NCBI GenBank assembly: GCA_951406725.2
Contig: OX597830.1
Coordinates: 36,084,001 to 36,148,000 of the forward strand
Direction of reading: 5' to 3'
Source of the DNA: Octopus vulgaris
Lineage: Eukaryota
Length of the DNA: 64,000 bases
Made by a program: the position numbers and the translations under genes. Shown piece after piece: positions 1-15,084 of this stretch. How positions within the stretch are numbered: position 1 is the first letter of the stretch; every line of letters begins with the position of its first letter. A model generated the notes under the pieces. It searched no databases. It saw only the letters and a program-made list of their open reading frames with translations, and was not told the DNA's origin.

Positions 1-186
1 AAACTATATATTAAAATTGGATATTTTAAGAAGATTCTAGACGGTTTTGAATTTAATAATTGTTTTCTTTTAGTAAAAATTACATAACTAATAAGTAAAC
101 AGCTTTCTTTATTATCGTATAGATATTACGTAGTTCAAACATTAACTGATACAGAACTTAATATGCTGGGTAAGGTGGACATATAT

Positions 187-438
187 TCTTTTATTTGTTT
201 CAGTCATTTGACTGCGGCCATGCTGGGGCACTGCATTAAAGTGTTTTAGACGAACAAATCGTTGCTATTTTTAGAGACGTAGCACTTATTCTATAAGTCT
301 CTTTTGCCAAACCCCTAGGTTAGGGGGACGTAAACACACCATCACCAGTTATCAATAGGTGGTGGAGAACAAATACATACACAGAAACACACATACATAG
401 ATACATACATATATGCGCATATATATATATATATATAG

Positions 439-488
<50 letters not shown>

Positions 489-657
489 GTGTACCAAGAG
501 CTTCTTTTAGTTACCGTCTACAAATCCACTCACACGGCTTTGGTCGGCCTGAGGCAATGTCAGAAGACACTTGCCCAAAGTGCCACGCAGTGGGACTGAA
601 CTCAGAGCTCCCTGATTGAAAAGCAAGCTTCTTACCACACAGCCAAGACTGCGCCTA
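187..657 (-). mobile_element. tRNA-derived SINE, family C (head + internal microsatellite + tail)
   Basis: Reverse complement of 10837-11450. Head at ~500-657 (GTGGGACTGAAC is the reverse complement of B-box-like GTTCAGTCCCAC), microsatellite at ~375-485, tail at 187-370 (cagtcatttgactgcggccatgctgg). Confidence 0.85.
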
Positions 658-1718
658 AGGCCACGAATGACCCGTCTTCTTTTCCCTGTCCATCTAATTG
701 TTGTTTCTCCTGTCCGCCTTTGTATCGTCTATCTGTCCGGGTGTTTCATTGTCCTTTCTGTTTTTATATATATACATATATATATATATACCTGTTCGAA
801 AATATAAGAACACAGATCGTGTGTCGTAAAACCAGCCTGAGACGTTGTCTCCTGGGGCTAAACAAGAGTAGCATTCGCCCCAAAATGGGAATGCCAAATT
901 AGTTTGGCAAAAAATCATATATATGAACTTTTTGCTCTTTTGAGCAGATTTGGAAATCGATGTGGTAGGTAGGGTATGCTATAAAACGAAGCTGATCTCG
1001 ATGTTCTACAGTAATAGTATAACATATATCTGTTTTCAAAACAATCAGAGGTTATATTGCCATGCAACTAGTACTAGCCGCGACTCATTGATAATTTTTA
1101 TTGGTTTGAAATTTAATGTTTTTCTTCCTTGAATTCTTCATTCCTAATTCCGTGCCGTAATATGTCTCTTCTCTTTCTGACCACATTTCTGACCTCTACT
1201 CGGCACACGATCAATTAACTGATAAGAGCTGAAGAATCATGAAATTTAAAATTCGTGATCTTACTCCGTTAAAAATCAGTCGGATATGTAAGAAGGGTTC
1301 GATCCTCAAAAGAATGAGCAAATACGTCTCAAAAACATCTTCGAGGAATATTCATTACCCATATTCCTCATCAAATACTGCAATAATTTATCACAAATTT
1401 TCATTCATTCCACGCACTCGTTCTTATATCTCAATTATATATGTAGAGCAAGTGAAAGGGAGAGAGAGAGAGAGACAGACAGAGAAGTTCTATTGACACA
1501 AATCACACGTATACGTAGGTATGAGGGTGTCGTGTACAGAGAAGAAGAGAAAGAAATAGAAAAAGAATGAGAAACAAAAATAAGGTAGATAACGTGCTAG
1601 ATAGAAAGAGAGAAGGAGAAGAATTAAACAGGAGGAGGATATGAAGTCTCATACAAAGATAGGTAAAGAAATCAATAGATAGATGGTACTTAAAATAGCG
1701 AGATAGATATGATACATA

Positions 1719-1777
<59 letters not shown>

Positions 1778-1782
1778 CATAC

Positions 1783-1832
<50 letters not shown>

Positions 1833-2068
1833 ACTTATAAATATATATATATATATATACATGCATATATATATATATATGTACTTATATATATATATAT
1901 GTATGTATGTATATAAGAATGCAATCTATGTATGTATATCACATTACATATAACAATTGCCAATTATTTCGTTATCATATAACCTTGTGGCGATCTCGTG
2001 TTACCTTATATACTTAATAAGACTGATAACAAAACTTTATATATCTTTTTTTCTTCTGTTCGATCTAT

Positions 2069-2118
<50 letters not shown>

Positions 2119-2585
2119 TTGTGTTTGTGTGTGTGTGCGTGTGTGTACATATGCTCACATAGATATATATGTGTTTGTGTGTGCGTGTATATATATATAT
2201 ATATATGTAGGCGTTTCTGTATATGTATGCTAGTATCTTATACGCTTTAATATCCTTATAGGTTTGTTATATTTACTTTTTTACTACTTTTCTTTTATCA
2301 TTCAGCATTTATCAAGAACTAATTTTGTAGCAAACAATTTTTTTTTTAATTTTTCCTCCCCGTAAACTGTCATAATCTTCTTCCTCTAATATTATAATAA
2401 CTCTAATAATAATAAAAATAATAACGCCACTTCATATGTATTTTTATTAATCTTTCTCGGTTTATTTATTACTCATATTAGAAATATTAATATAATATAA
2501 GTAGTAGCAATGGAATTTAAATGAGGAAAAAGTAACTATCTAAAATATTGTCGCAATTACCTACACACTCAAAAACGTTCGTAAA

Positions 2586-2666
<81 letters not shown>

Positions 2667-2946
2667 TGATGTTTTCTAGACATAACTTCCCATTCATTAG
2701 TATACAAAAATACATTTAAGTGTGTATATATATACATATATATGTATATAACTATTCATATAAAATTATTTCCACACATGTGTGAGTACGTGTGTGTTTT
2801 TCGTATGGCAGCATGTATCTATTTATTATTTATTTCTATATGAGATGTTTTAATTATTTCTTTTCCTTTTTATAAGCATTTTAATCATATATTTGATTAA
2901 TGATTATATATACAAAAATATAGATATTGACATACGCATGTATGTA

Positions 2947-2985
<39 letters not shown>

Positions 2986-3836
2986 GATGATATATAGATA
3001 TACATACACACACACACACAATTATAGGCCTTTAGCAATATTTGGGTTTTAATTTTAACGAGACTTTTGTTAAACATTGCTTCCTAGGTTTTTTTTTTAT
3101 AGTTGCTGTTTCAGTTTTGGTCGTTTTGTTTCTGTTGTTTTTATTGGTTAATTTCCTTTTTCCATTCTTTCTTTTTTTTTTTTTTGTTTTGTTAATGTCG
3201 TTATTATCAATATTGTTGTTTTTCTTGTTTTTTGTTTTCGAAAGACCTAAAAAAAATTTTTTGTCTCATTTATTTTCATTATATATTTTAATATTTATTA
3301 ATTTATTGTCGTCTCCATCATCATTATGACTATGCTTCACATCATCATTATTATTATTATCACCATCATCATCATTTTAATTTTTAGTATCAGCAGTAGT
3401 CGTAGTAGTAAATGTAACTTTTTATTGTTGTTGTTGTTGTTCTTATAACAGTAATGTTTTACTTTTTTTATTTTTTTACTGTTTAATGTTTCATGTTACA
3501 TTTTCTAATTATATATTTCTCTGCGGTGTTTATATTCGGTTTTGTTTGCTTTTTTCTATTCTTTTTTCTTCGTACTTAATTTTATATATTCGAAATGCCT
3601 TCATTTCATTTAATTCCATTTTTATTCATTATATTATTGGCTGTTTTTGCCGTTTGCTTCATGCAGGAATATGAATATAACGCTAATATCCCTCCCCTGA
3701 AACTACTTGCGATGTCAAGTGATTCCAATCATTGTCAGCAATCTGTTCCTTCCTCTGCTATTTCGACACAAAATATGTGTGTGTGTGTGTATGTATTCAT
3801 GTAGCTATATAGGTAGATAAGTAGATAAGTAGATTG

Positions 3837-3901
<65 letters not shown>

Positions 3902-4184
3902 TTGTTTGTGTAAATATATATGTGCAGTAGATAAACAGATATATATATACATACATGCAAGCATACGTATGTACATAATGATACAAGAAAAATCGGGCTT
4001 CGAAGTTTGTCTGATGAAGGCGACTGAGCTGAAGTTTCGACATCAACCACTCCCTACTAAACTTATAATATTTATGATACACTGCATAAATATACTGTAT
4101 GATCCTTCAGTTAGTGTCAGACTATATGTGTGTGCGTACGTGCGTGTATATATATATATATATGTATGTATGTATGTGTGTGCA

Positions 4185-4209
<25 letters not shown>

Positions 4210-4215
<6 letters not shown>

Positions 4216-4435
4216 AATACAAACTGGGACAAAAACGCAAAACGTTTAGAAGACGATACAAAAAACACGGGACATTCGAAGCCTTCAATCTTCAGTCAAG
4301 AACGGGATCATCCTCACAATTCCGGCTGATTAATCTTGAGATTGCTCCAATCTGGCCAGCCCCAAGGAAAATCTACGCTAAGCGCATTAGATTCCTTTGA
4401 AGAAAGCTTCGAATGTATACATGATGCCTGACAGA
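4210..4435. repeat. Unclassified interspersed repeat fragment
   Basis: Complex sequence starting abruptly after (GT)n. No second copy in the window, so the call is by resemblance only. Confidence 0.3.
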
Positions 4436-4525
4436 AAATTAAGCTTTTGGCCGGCGAAGCAGTTTCTCTCTTTTTGACCATAATAAATGTTGTTTTTAAC
4501 AATCTTTCAAGCATTAATTTCAATC

Positions 4526-5030
<505 letters not shown>

Positions 5031-6581
5031 GTTTACGCCTTTGAAACGGTATTAAATCAAAATAACGATATGTAATACATTTTATGATATATATGTATGC
5101 AAATGTAGACTGGCACCAGCTCTAAGATTTTGTCCTAGTAAAAGTACCTTAAACATTTCACGCTGAAAATTATGGTGGCACTGAATGACGCCATTGAACC
5201 TCTAGACATCGGTGTTTCGGCTTAATTTCGCCTTCTGTGTGACGAACTCCACTAGTCATGCTGGGCTTTGTCGGAACTTTCGTTCTGACATAGGTATCAG
5301 AGAAATAGATATTTGTGCACTTGTGCAGAGGGCGATCAGATTTAAGTTAAATCGACGTGCGTACTTGAAATACCATTGGATTAAAACACTGATGACCATG
5401 TTATATTAAACCTCTGCTAAAGAGAGGTTCCTTGTTAAAGAGGAAGAGAAAGAAAGAGGTTGTGAGAATATGAGAATGTGAGAGAATAAGGGATATCACT
5501 AGATACAATTCGAAGATTCAATAAAATGTAAAATCCTGGAGATGCCCGCTATTGGCAAACTAGGGACAGCAATATATTACCAACTAATAAAATTTTCGTT
5601 ATTTCTTAAATAAATTATTTTATATTAGTCTTGTATTAAAATATACCATTTCCTAATTCCTTTATTTAAATTATATGTAATGGAACCTCAGCCATGTTAA
5701 CTATTGATAGTATTAAGCTTCTAAACATGACGTGGAGCGGTTTTTCATCTCCTGCATTGGATGAGGTTTCCCTAGCAGATTGCAATTGGTGTAGTGACAA
5801 AGCCGCCAGCCACTTTTGTTGTACATCAAGTTCTGATATTTAAATGAAAAACGAAAATTGGATAATCCCGAATGCAATGCAAAAAGCCTGATAAAAATAC
5901 GCGGTTCTATATAAAACATGTAACGGGTTCATGCGCGGTCAAACTCTGCATGTAGAAGGCAGAAAATCAATAGCTAAATAATTAAGTGAAATTCGATAAA
6001 TTAAGGGCTCTACGAAGTTACTATTTACAATTTTGGTGGGACGAATTGATAAAATCTAGAACATCTTAAATAATTGATTCAATTTACATATGATTGTTTG
6101 TTTCCCCGACTAAATGAGACTTTGAACCCTTATTAGAATGTCTCCCATAACTAAGACTACGAAATAAGAACTTGGAGCAGTATGAGAGAATATAAGCCTT
6201 CGACTATGCGTGCTATTATGGCCACTGCCCAGAGACTCAAAGCAGTAACAAATTATAATACTGTATGTAACATTTTGCACCATATAATATTATAATGTAC
6301 TGACTTCTATTCAATTATATTATATTATGAAGGTAGCAGATTATAATCAGGCATTGCATGAGTTCGACAGGCTAAGCAGAGATGTTGGCGAGGCTAAAAA
6401 AATACAAATAAATAAATATTATTGTCTTCACGCAGTTATCATTGATAACTTCAAAGCTATGTTAATTGCATCTGTGTCACCTCGAAGCAAGCTTACTGAA
6501 TTGATGCATATATATCGATATCTATATCTACTCGTATATATATAAATATAACTACATGTATGTGAACAAATGCGTGTGTTG

Positions 6582-6642
<61 letters not shown>

Positions 6643-6651
6643 AAGAGAGTG

Positions 6652-6692
<41 letters not shown>

Positions 6693-7721
6693 TGTTTCTT
6701 TATTAGCCACACAGGGCTGCACACAGATAGAACAAATTACAAGGTAGAGCTTTTCTTTTGAAGATTTAAAAAAAAAAAAAAAAAAAAAGGAAGGGGGAGT
6801 TTCGATCAAAAGGGATCGTAAAAGGAGAGAAAGAGGACAAAAAAAGGGGGGTTAAAAAAAAAGGGGGGAGAGGAGAAAAAAAAAAAAAAAATTGATCAAT
6901 AGGGATCGTTATCACAGAAATGTCAATATGAAGTGTAAAGGGGAGGACAGGTGAGGTTTACCCGTGGAAAGAAAAGCCTACGGAAAAGACCACGGTAACC
7001 TCGGTCAATGAAGTCACATTTTATATTTCTTTTTTTTTTTTTTTTTTTGCAAATAAGCAACTCTCTGTTTTCGATTTCTGGGTTCATAGGACTATGCTCA
7101 AGGTGGCTTCGTCATTCATACGTGCCATTCTTGCTACATTCACCCATCTTTTTTTAAAACATTCGCTAGACAAAACTTGCCTCTCTACTCTCACTTTCCT
7201 TTTCAAGTGGTACTTGAAAAAGTTGATGAGAGATTGACCAGAGAGGAAAGTGTTTGTCTCCAATCCTTTCAGACGCGTCCACCAGATACATTCCTTCGCC
7301 ATAGCCACAAGGATGATGAAAATAGCTCTTCCTTCCCGTTTGAAGGAAGGAGGCGTGACAATATTGACGATAGACTCAGCTGATAAACCGACTCGTCCCA
7401 CACGTGACAGCAGTTGTTCGACATAAGCCCACAGGTCGGAAATTGTTGGACACTGAACGAGTGCGTGCAGAACGGTTTCGTCGCTCTGACCGCATCTCGG
7501 GCAGGTCGGCCCCGTGTTTCTCGAGCCGTGTCTGTAGAGCTTATCCCGAACGGGTAGCGCTTCTCGGTAGCACTGCCAGGCCAGGGATCTCTGGAAGTTG
7601 TCCATGGGCCCTGGCCCGAAAGTCGTCCTGAACAGGCGGGTCAGGTACTCCTCGTCGACGTCCAGGTTCGCCCCGAGCTCGTCGTCGTACCTCCCCTCCA
7701 CTAAACCCCTATAGAATGCTT

Positions 7722-7722
<1 letters not shown>
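6693..7722 (-). mobile_element. 5'-truncated non-LTR retrotransposon, L1/Tx1-like (ORF2 C-terminus + 3'UTR)
   Basis: Open frame 7722->7084 encodes a zf-RVT-like region (LAWQCYREALPVRDKL..CPRCGQSDETVLHALVQC...W). Flanked by (GATA)n on both sides. The N-terminus of the listed ORF is only microsatellite. Confidence 0.9.
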
Positions 7723-7761
<39 letters not shown>

Positions 7762-7821
7762 CAGATAGATAGCTATGGATATATACACACACACACACAC
7801 ACACTCACACACGCACACACG

Positions 7822-7897
<76 letters not shown>

Positions 7898-7898
<1 letters not shown>

Positions 7899-8195
7899 GG
7901 CTTAGTGGTTAGGGTGTTCACCCACGATTGCGAGAACGTGGGTTCGATTCTCAGACTTGGCGTTGCGCTGTGTTTTTAAACAAACGCACTTCATTTCACG
8001 TTTCTCTGCTATCATTTCGACACCTAACACGCGGCACCTAGTTGCACTTGTACAGGTAACGACGATTTGACGGGGGGAGTGAACATAGGTTTACACAAAT
8101 ATTTGATCACTATAAACAAATCATCTGTGTGGTTATTCGGCAAGAAATTGTCGATCTCTCATACGTCGTCTAACGACGAGAGAGTTCATTATTAT
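7898..8195 (+). mobile_element. tRNA-derived SINE, family D
   Basis: A-box TGGCTTAGTGG and B-box GGTTCGATTC, followed by a non-tRNA body and a short (ATT) tail. Confidence 0.75.
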
Positions 8196-8224
8196 TGCAC
8201 ACACACACAAACAGACACACACAC

Positions 8225-8269
<45 letters not shown>

Positions 8270-8272
<3 letters not shown>

Positions 8273-8441
8273 GGAAAGTTTACGAAAGTAAACAAAAGAC
8301 GAAGACAGGTGGAGTACAAACAAACAAATGTATTAGAAAAGTCTTTTACGTTTCGACCCTACGCTCTTCGACAGAAAGATACACAGGAAAAAAACAAGGA
8401 GAGGAAAAAAATGCGTGTAGGAGCTAACGATCTATCATGGC
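8270..8441 (-). mobile_element. Short Penelope-like repeat carrying a hammerhead-like motif (copy 1)
   Basis: Second copy at 53141-53405. Contains the motif at 8342-8379. Confidence 0.65.
8342..8379 (-). ncRNA. Minimal type-I hammerhead ribozyme-like motif (U6 variant)
   Basis: Minus strand reads UCUUU-CUGUCGA-A-GAGC-GUAG-GGUC-GAAAC-GUA-AAAGA: stem I UCUUU/AAAGA, stem II with one mismatch, palindromic ACGU stem III, GUA triplet. Confidence 0.6.
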
Positions 8442-8469
8442 ATATATATATATATATATATATATAAAT

Positions 8470-8766
8470 ATTGTTAGCACTCCGTCGGTTATGATGATGA
8501 GGGTTCCAGTTGATCCGATCAACGGAACGGCCTGCTCGTGAAATTAACGCGCAAGTGGCTGAGCATTCCACAGAAACGTGTACTTTTGACGCAGTTCTCA
8601 GGGGAGGTTCAGCACGACACAGAATGTGACAAGGTTGGCCCTTTGAAATGCAGGTACAACAGAAACAGGAAAATAGAGAGAACGTTGCTGAGCTTTAGGT
8701 TGTTTTCGCTCAATAAACACTCACAACGCCTGGTCTGGGAACTGAAACCGCGAGTCTGCTGCCCTG
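8470..8766 (-). mobile_element. tRNA-derived SINE, family B head (truncated) with an alternative tail
   Basis: 8690-8765 matches the head/body of 37745-37830 (gctttagg.tgttttcgctcaataaa.actcacaacgc). The remainder differs. Confidence 0.75.
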
Positions 8767-8796
8767 CACATGTATATATATATATATATATATATA

Positions 8797-8873
<77 letters not shown>

Positions 8874-8900
8874 GTTATTATTATTATTATTATTATTATT

Positions 8901-10303
8901 CAGTAGTTTTATTTTTATTTTTATAGCGTGCTTTCACTTCACTACCGAGCGCAGCTCTGTGTGCCTTGGGTATGTGCTGTGATTTGTTGTGATGCTCTGA
9001 TGGTTATTGTATGGAAAGTGTTCTGCGTAGGATGTGGGCAGTGCCTAGTAGTGCAATTTTCTGTATGTTATATGTGTTTGTAAGTCCTGGTGTTTTTGTT
9101 ATGTATTTGTCTGAATATTTTTTTATCATGCCTAATGCACCTACTATGATAGGAATTGTTTCTGTTTTCAGATTCCACATTCTAGTTACCTCTATTTCCA
9201 GGTCTTTGTATTTTGAGAGTTTCTCCATTTCTTTTAGAGACACGTTGTCATCTGCCGGTATTGATACATCAATTAAAAAGCATTTTTTTCTTCATGATCT
9301 CTGACAACTATATCTGGTCTGTTGGCCTTAATTTCTCTATCTGTGTGTATCGGCATATCCCAGAGTATGGTTGCTTTCTCGTTTTCTGTGACCTTTTCTG
9401 GTGTGTGCCTATACCATCTTTTTTTGTTGTTATTCCATAATGTTGGCATAGCTTCCAATGTATGTAGGTTCCAACTCTGTCATGTCTGTGAATATATTCC
9501 TTCTTAGCCAGGACTGGGCAGCTAGAGATAATATGATTTATTGTTTCTTGTCCATCTCCACATATTCTGCAGTTACTTGTAATATTTCTTTTCATTACAT
9601 GTTTTTGGTAATTTCTGGTGGGGAGGCTTTGGTCTTGTGCTGCAATTAAAAATCCCTCTGTTTCTGCTTTGAGTCCTGAGCTTCTCAACCATTGCTGGGA
9701 TTTTTCTTTGTCTATTTCTTTTGCGTTTAGTTTAGTGCAGTATTTACCATGAAGGGGCTTTTCTTGCCATCGTTTTATCATGGTTCGTTGCTGTTCTGTT
9801 TTTAGTTTGGATTTCATTTGTTTTATAGCTTTTGTTGTTTCTTCATCTTCTTCTTCTTCTTCTTCTTCATGTTTATTAGGTGGTATGATTTCTTGTTTGT
9901 ATTTGTCAGCTTCCTTAAATACTGAGAACAGTTTTTTGTTTTGCTCGTGTTTTGCCGCTATCTGGATCAGTTTTCCTTCCTTCTGAAGTAGATATTTTTG
10001 CAGTCCTATGGTGGTTATTTTATAGTAGTTTTCCAGCTGTATAAGGCCTCTACCACCTTCTATACGTTGTATATATAGTCTTTCTATGTCAGATTTTGGG
10101 TGATGCATCCTAGATCCTGTCATTATTTTTCTTGTTTTCCTATCTATTTTGGTCAGTTCATTTCGTGTCCAGTTAAGGATATTGTAGCTGTAACTTATAA
10201 CTGGGACAGCTAAAGTGTTGATACCTATTATCTTGTTTTTAGCATTGAGCTCTGTGTTTAGTATTGATCTAACTCGTCTATAATATTCTTTTTTTATTTT
10301 CTC
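8901..10303 (-). mobile_element. 5'-truncated R4/Dong-clade non-LTR retrotransposon (post-RT region, CCHC finger, restriction-like endonuclease), frameshifted
   Basis: ORFs 9308-10123, 9273-9458 and 9004-9243 join to RLYIQRIEGGRGL...CRICGDGQETINHIISSC...RHD...RPDIVV...EKLSKYKDL...PIIVGALG. Frameshifts fall near poly-T runs (~9420, ~9285). Embedded in (ATT)n on both sides. Confidence 0.9.
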
Positions 10304-10365
<62 letters not shown>

Positions 10366-10836
10366 CATGCATTTATGCAGGAAAATAGAACTCAGGACAT
10401 GAGTATACGTATTTATTTTATTAATAATAAGTAGAAGTTACAGAGTGAGTCAAGGACCGAGAGTTTCATACGTTAACCTCTTACCAAGCTGGTTTCAAAT
10501 CAAGGAACATTACATATATAAGTGCCTGTGATAATGGAATTTCTGGATTGTTCTGGAACAAATTATAAAAAAACAATTGCAGCACCTCGTAGATAATCCA
10601 TATATTGTAAATGACTTGCCCGTTGCGCCATTCAATAAATAAATAAACTAATGAGGAAACTTTAAAGATATGTTTTGCATACATACGCACGCGTAAAGGA
10701 GAGTAACGATAAATGGAAATGGAGTATGTACGTTGACGCACACTTACGGTCGTACATGTTTTTGTATTCTTGCGTTTTCATGGATTTCCATACACAGGCA
10801 TAGACGTATGTATAAATATATGACGTATAATGTATA

Positions 10837-11450
<614 letters not shown>

Positions 11451-11523
11451 GTACAAGTTTATACACAGGCGCATAAATGTACGTAAATATATACATATAC
11501 ACAAGCACACACACTCATATATG

Positions 11524-11524
<1 letters not shown>

Positions 11525-11611
<87 letters not shown>

Positions 11612-11612
11612 C

Positions 11613-11702
<90 letters not shown>

Positions 11703-11740
11703 GATACATACATACATACATACTTACACATACATACATA
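11525..11740. repeat. (GATA)n followed by (CATA)n microsatellite
   Basis: Directly visible. Confidence 0.95.
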
Positions 11741-12516
11741 TACAGAATGAGAATATAAACACTTTATTTAATACACATGTACACTAATAAACGTACTGGT
11801 GTATTCGTTTATACATGCGTGCGTAAATATTCGTGGGGCATATATATATATATATTAATATAGCGTGCTCTGAAACTAATTCAGATTTTGTTGGGTCTAT
11901 GACCAAAGCATGTGTAAAATACATGCACGGAGATAATGGATCTCGAATAGTTAGAAGGTACATGCAGAATCAGATTAGCGCGTAAAATATCCTGTGTTAC
12001 CAAGGTAATGAAGTGTCTAGGGTTCTTTCTAAGAAAATATAGAATTTAAAATCATCGAGGTTCGATTTATATGGAAGTTGATTATACGAAAAAACACACG
12101 AAGCACATTTTCATCCACTCGGAAGTGTTCTAAATGATATTTAAAAGAAACATTTGAGACTTTATTCAATCTCCAATGGAAATAAATAGAGAGAATGAAA
12201 CTCAGTTACAAGTATATAAAAAAATTATAACCGAGTATTTACATTGTGGAATCTCTTTTAGGATATCAAGATGTTTCGACGACTTCTCATTTGTTCAGGT
12301 GGTGAAAGGGAGAGGTCTGAGTGAAGCATTTACTATGAATAGCAGTCGGTCAAAAAGAATTGGAAGAGAGAGTACAAAGAGAAAGAAAAGAAGGGAGTTT
12401 GTATGCGCTATGCCACCGAAAAGAACGTTGTCTTACTAAGGTTCCAAAGCGTTATGCTAGAAAAATATTAAGACATCCTTATACAGACACACACACACGC
12501 ACACATGCACACATAG

Positions 12517-12547
<31 letters not shown>

Positions 12548-12604
12548 AATATATGTATATATGTATGTATATATAAGAGTGTATTTACAAATAAAAATAA
12601 ATAT

Positions 12605-12665
12605 ATTTCTGTCATTTCTTTTATACGTTTCAGCCCAAGAGCTGTTGCCATGCTGGAGCTCTACT
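12605..12665 (-). mobile_element. Family C SINE tail fragment
   Basis: gtttcagcccaagagctgttgccatgctggagc resembles 197-230. Confidence 0.5.
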
Positions 12666-12689
12666 AGTATCATCTTTTCAGTGACCTGT

Positions 12690-12968
12690 CTTATGCGATT
12701 GGCTTTTGGTGAAGGAGGGAATTCGACACAGCAGCCCTCTGTTGAGTTTCTTATCCTGATGTAGATACATCTGGGACTTTGGACAGCAGATCAAGCTGTT
12801 TCTTGAAAACATGTCCCCTTACTCCATGAAGATCTCCTGGATATTTTGATAAGGTATTAAATACCTGTGGGCCCTTGAATTGCAAGCTGCTTCAGTACAT
12901 GGTTCTCAAACTAGACGGTATTGGTGGAACCTTTGGAACAGTGCAAAGAAGCCCGCTTCGGGTGTTAA
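12690..12968 (-). mobile_element. Degenerate CR1/L2-like LINE ORF2 C-terminus
   Basis: Minus strand translates to NTRSGLLCTVPKVPP...SSLQFKGPQVFNTL...DLHGV..HVFKKQLDLLSKVPD...RAAVSNSL, with stops. Confidence 0.65.
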
Positions 12969-13878
12969 ACACGATAATATGCCAATTAACCCGGTACCGA
13001 ATCCCCTAATGTTACATTGATCGACTTAAGATCTCTAACATAAGACACTTGCTCAAAGTAACACTCCATGCGACTGAGGCCGTCCTTGCAGGATCTATCA
13101 CGTCCTTGCAGGAGAAGATCTTAAGAAACCGGTCCCACCCGGCCCGCTACACGCATACATAAATATGTATGTATGTATGTATGTATGTATGTGAGGGTGT
13201 GTGCGTGTATGAATCCATATGCGAGTAAGTAAACATAGATGAACATATATATACGTGTTCGTGCGTGCATGCGTGCGTGCGTGCGTGAGTGCGTGTGTAT
13301 CTGTGCATGCATGTATGTGTATGTATGTCTGAGTAGATATACACAAAGAATTTGTAAATATTAATTTCATTTCCTTTAGATTGTCTCTATTTTTCCCTCT
13401 TTATATTGCCTCTTTTACTTTCACCTCTTTCTCAATCTGTCATTTTCTTCCTCTCATTCTCAGTCTCATTTTATCTGTTTCTCTCTCAGTCATTATAAAT
13501 GATTTCTATAAGAAATTCAGTAAGATTATTTAATACCTATCTAGTACCAAAACTACTGGCCGGAAGGCGGTTCTTTTTGGGGAAGAATAAATAAATAGCA
13601 AATACACTGTAATTATATTTTCACATACGCTCTTTCTTATTCTGGATTAAAATCTATACCTGCCCCCATTGGATATATATATATATATATGTTTGTGTGC
13701 GTGTGTGTATGTGTATGTGTGTGTGTGTGTGTGTGTGTATGTGTGTATGCATACTTATATATATTCAACATCAATATAAATATGTAAATAATATTATGCT
13801 CGAACACACATAAACGCTAACATTATATATATATATATATGCTTAATTATTCATCACAAAATATTCATCGCTTAAAAT

Positions 13879-13909
<31 letters not shown>

Positions 13910-14654
13910 GTACTATGCATAGATATGTACGTATATATATATATGCATAGATATGTACATATATATATGCATATGTACATACATACAAGTATGTATATAT
14001 ACATATATATATATATACATGTATATATATATATATATACATATATGTATATATACCTGTATATATATATACAAATATATATAAATATATTCATATGCAT
14101 ATACACATTCATATACACGTTATATGTATATATATACATATATATACACATACATATATACATAGATATAAATATATATACATACATGCATACACCTATA
14201 TATGTGTATGCGTGTGTCTGTATATGTATGCATGTATGTATGTATATATGTTTGTATGTATGTATGTATGTATGTATGTATGTATGTATGTATGTATGTA
14301 TGTATATGCGCGAATACTTGTGTATTCAACATATTTCGTATAAGAAATAGAAATGGAAAATGAGGATGCAGATTTATATAGATTTATGAATAATTTTTCT
14401 CATCGAATTTCAAGCATATTTGAGAGATAATATATATATTAAATCATTTTTATAATTAACACGCAAAGAATTGCCACATCAATTTTAGCAACAAAATATC
14501 AAATAGTAATAATGATAACAACAACAACAACTGACACGTACAAAAAGAATATCTTCACATGAAAATATCACTTGATAACCAAATCAAACAGAATTAGATA
14601 GTAGCCAAGTAATAACTCGAAGGATATTTTTTAATACATTAATAGCGTTGCTGT

Positions 14655-15000
14655 ATATGTCCCTTCAAACACCCTTAAACAGTGCACCCCAGAGCTTGGT
14701 CCTATATTCTTCAAACTTTTTAATCTCTTACTCTCTATAGAAATATTCCATGATATTTCGCAGTATACCTGAGTGTGTCCCACTCTAAATAAAGTCAACC
14801 ACGCTTAGCCTCCCGATTATCACTACCTTTGCTTTCTTTTCAAACATTGGAAATATAATGGAGACCGCAATTTATTATAACGTTCCACTGAACCAGATCC
14901 ACTGAAGATCTACTTATTTATGATACTCTCCAATGGGTTCCCGTTTTATAGAATTTCGATGAACGTAACATTATTGCTCCAAACAATCAACACTATCACG
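14655..15000 (+). mobile_element. Degenerate LINE reverse transcriptase fragment (CR1/Jockey-like)
   Basis: Translates to PSNTLKQCTPELGPIFFKLFNLLLS..IF, typical of the start of a LINE RT domain, then decays. Confidence 0.55.
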
Positions 15001-15084
15001 CCAATAACTTGTATCCAAACCTCCTACCAAACTTTTTGTCCATAGGTTCTTTTTTATTATCAGTTGGTACCATTGCGGCTTTTA

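Noticed and set aside
10448-10490. Minus-strand GAAAC-UCUCG-GUC motif
   Set aside because: Upstream core and stem II are absent.
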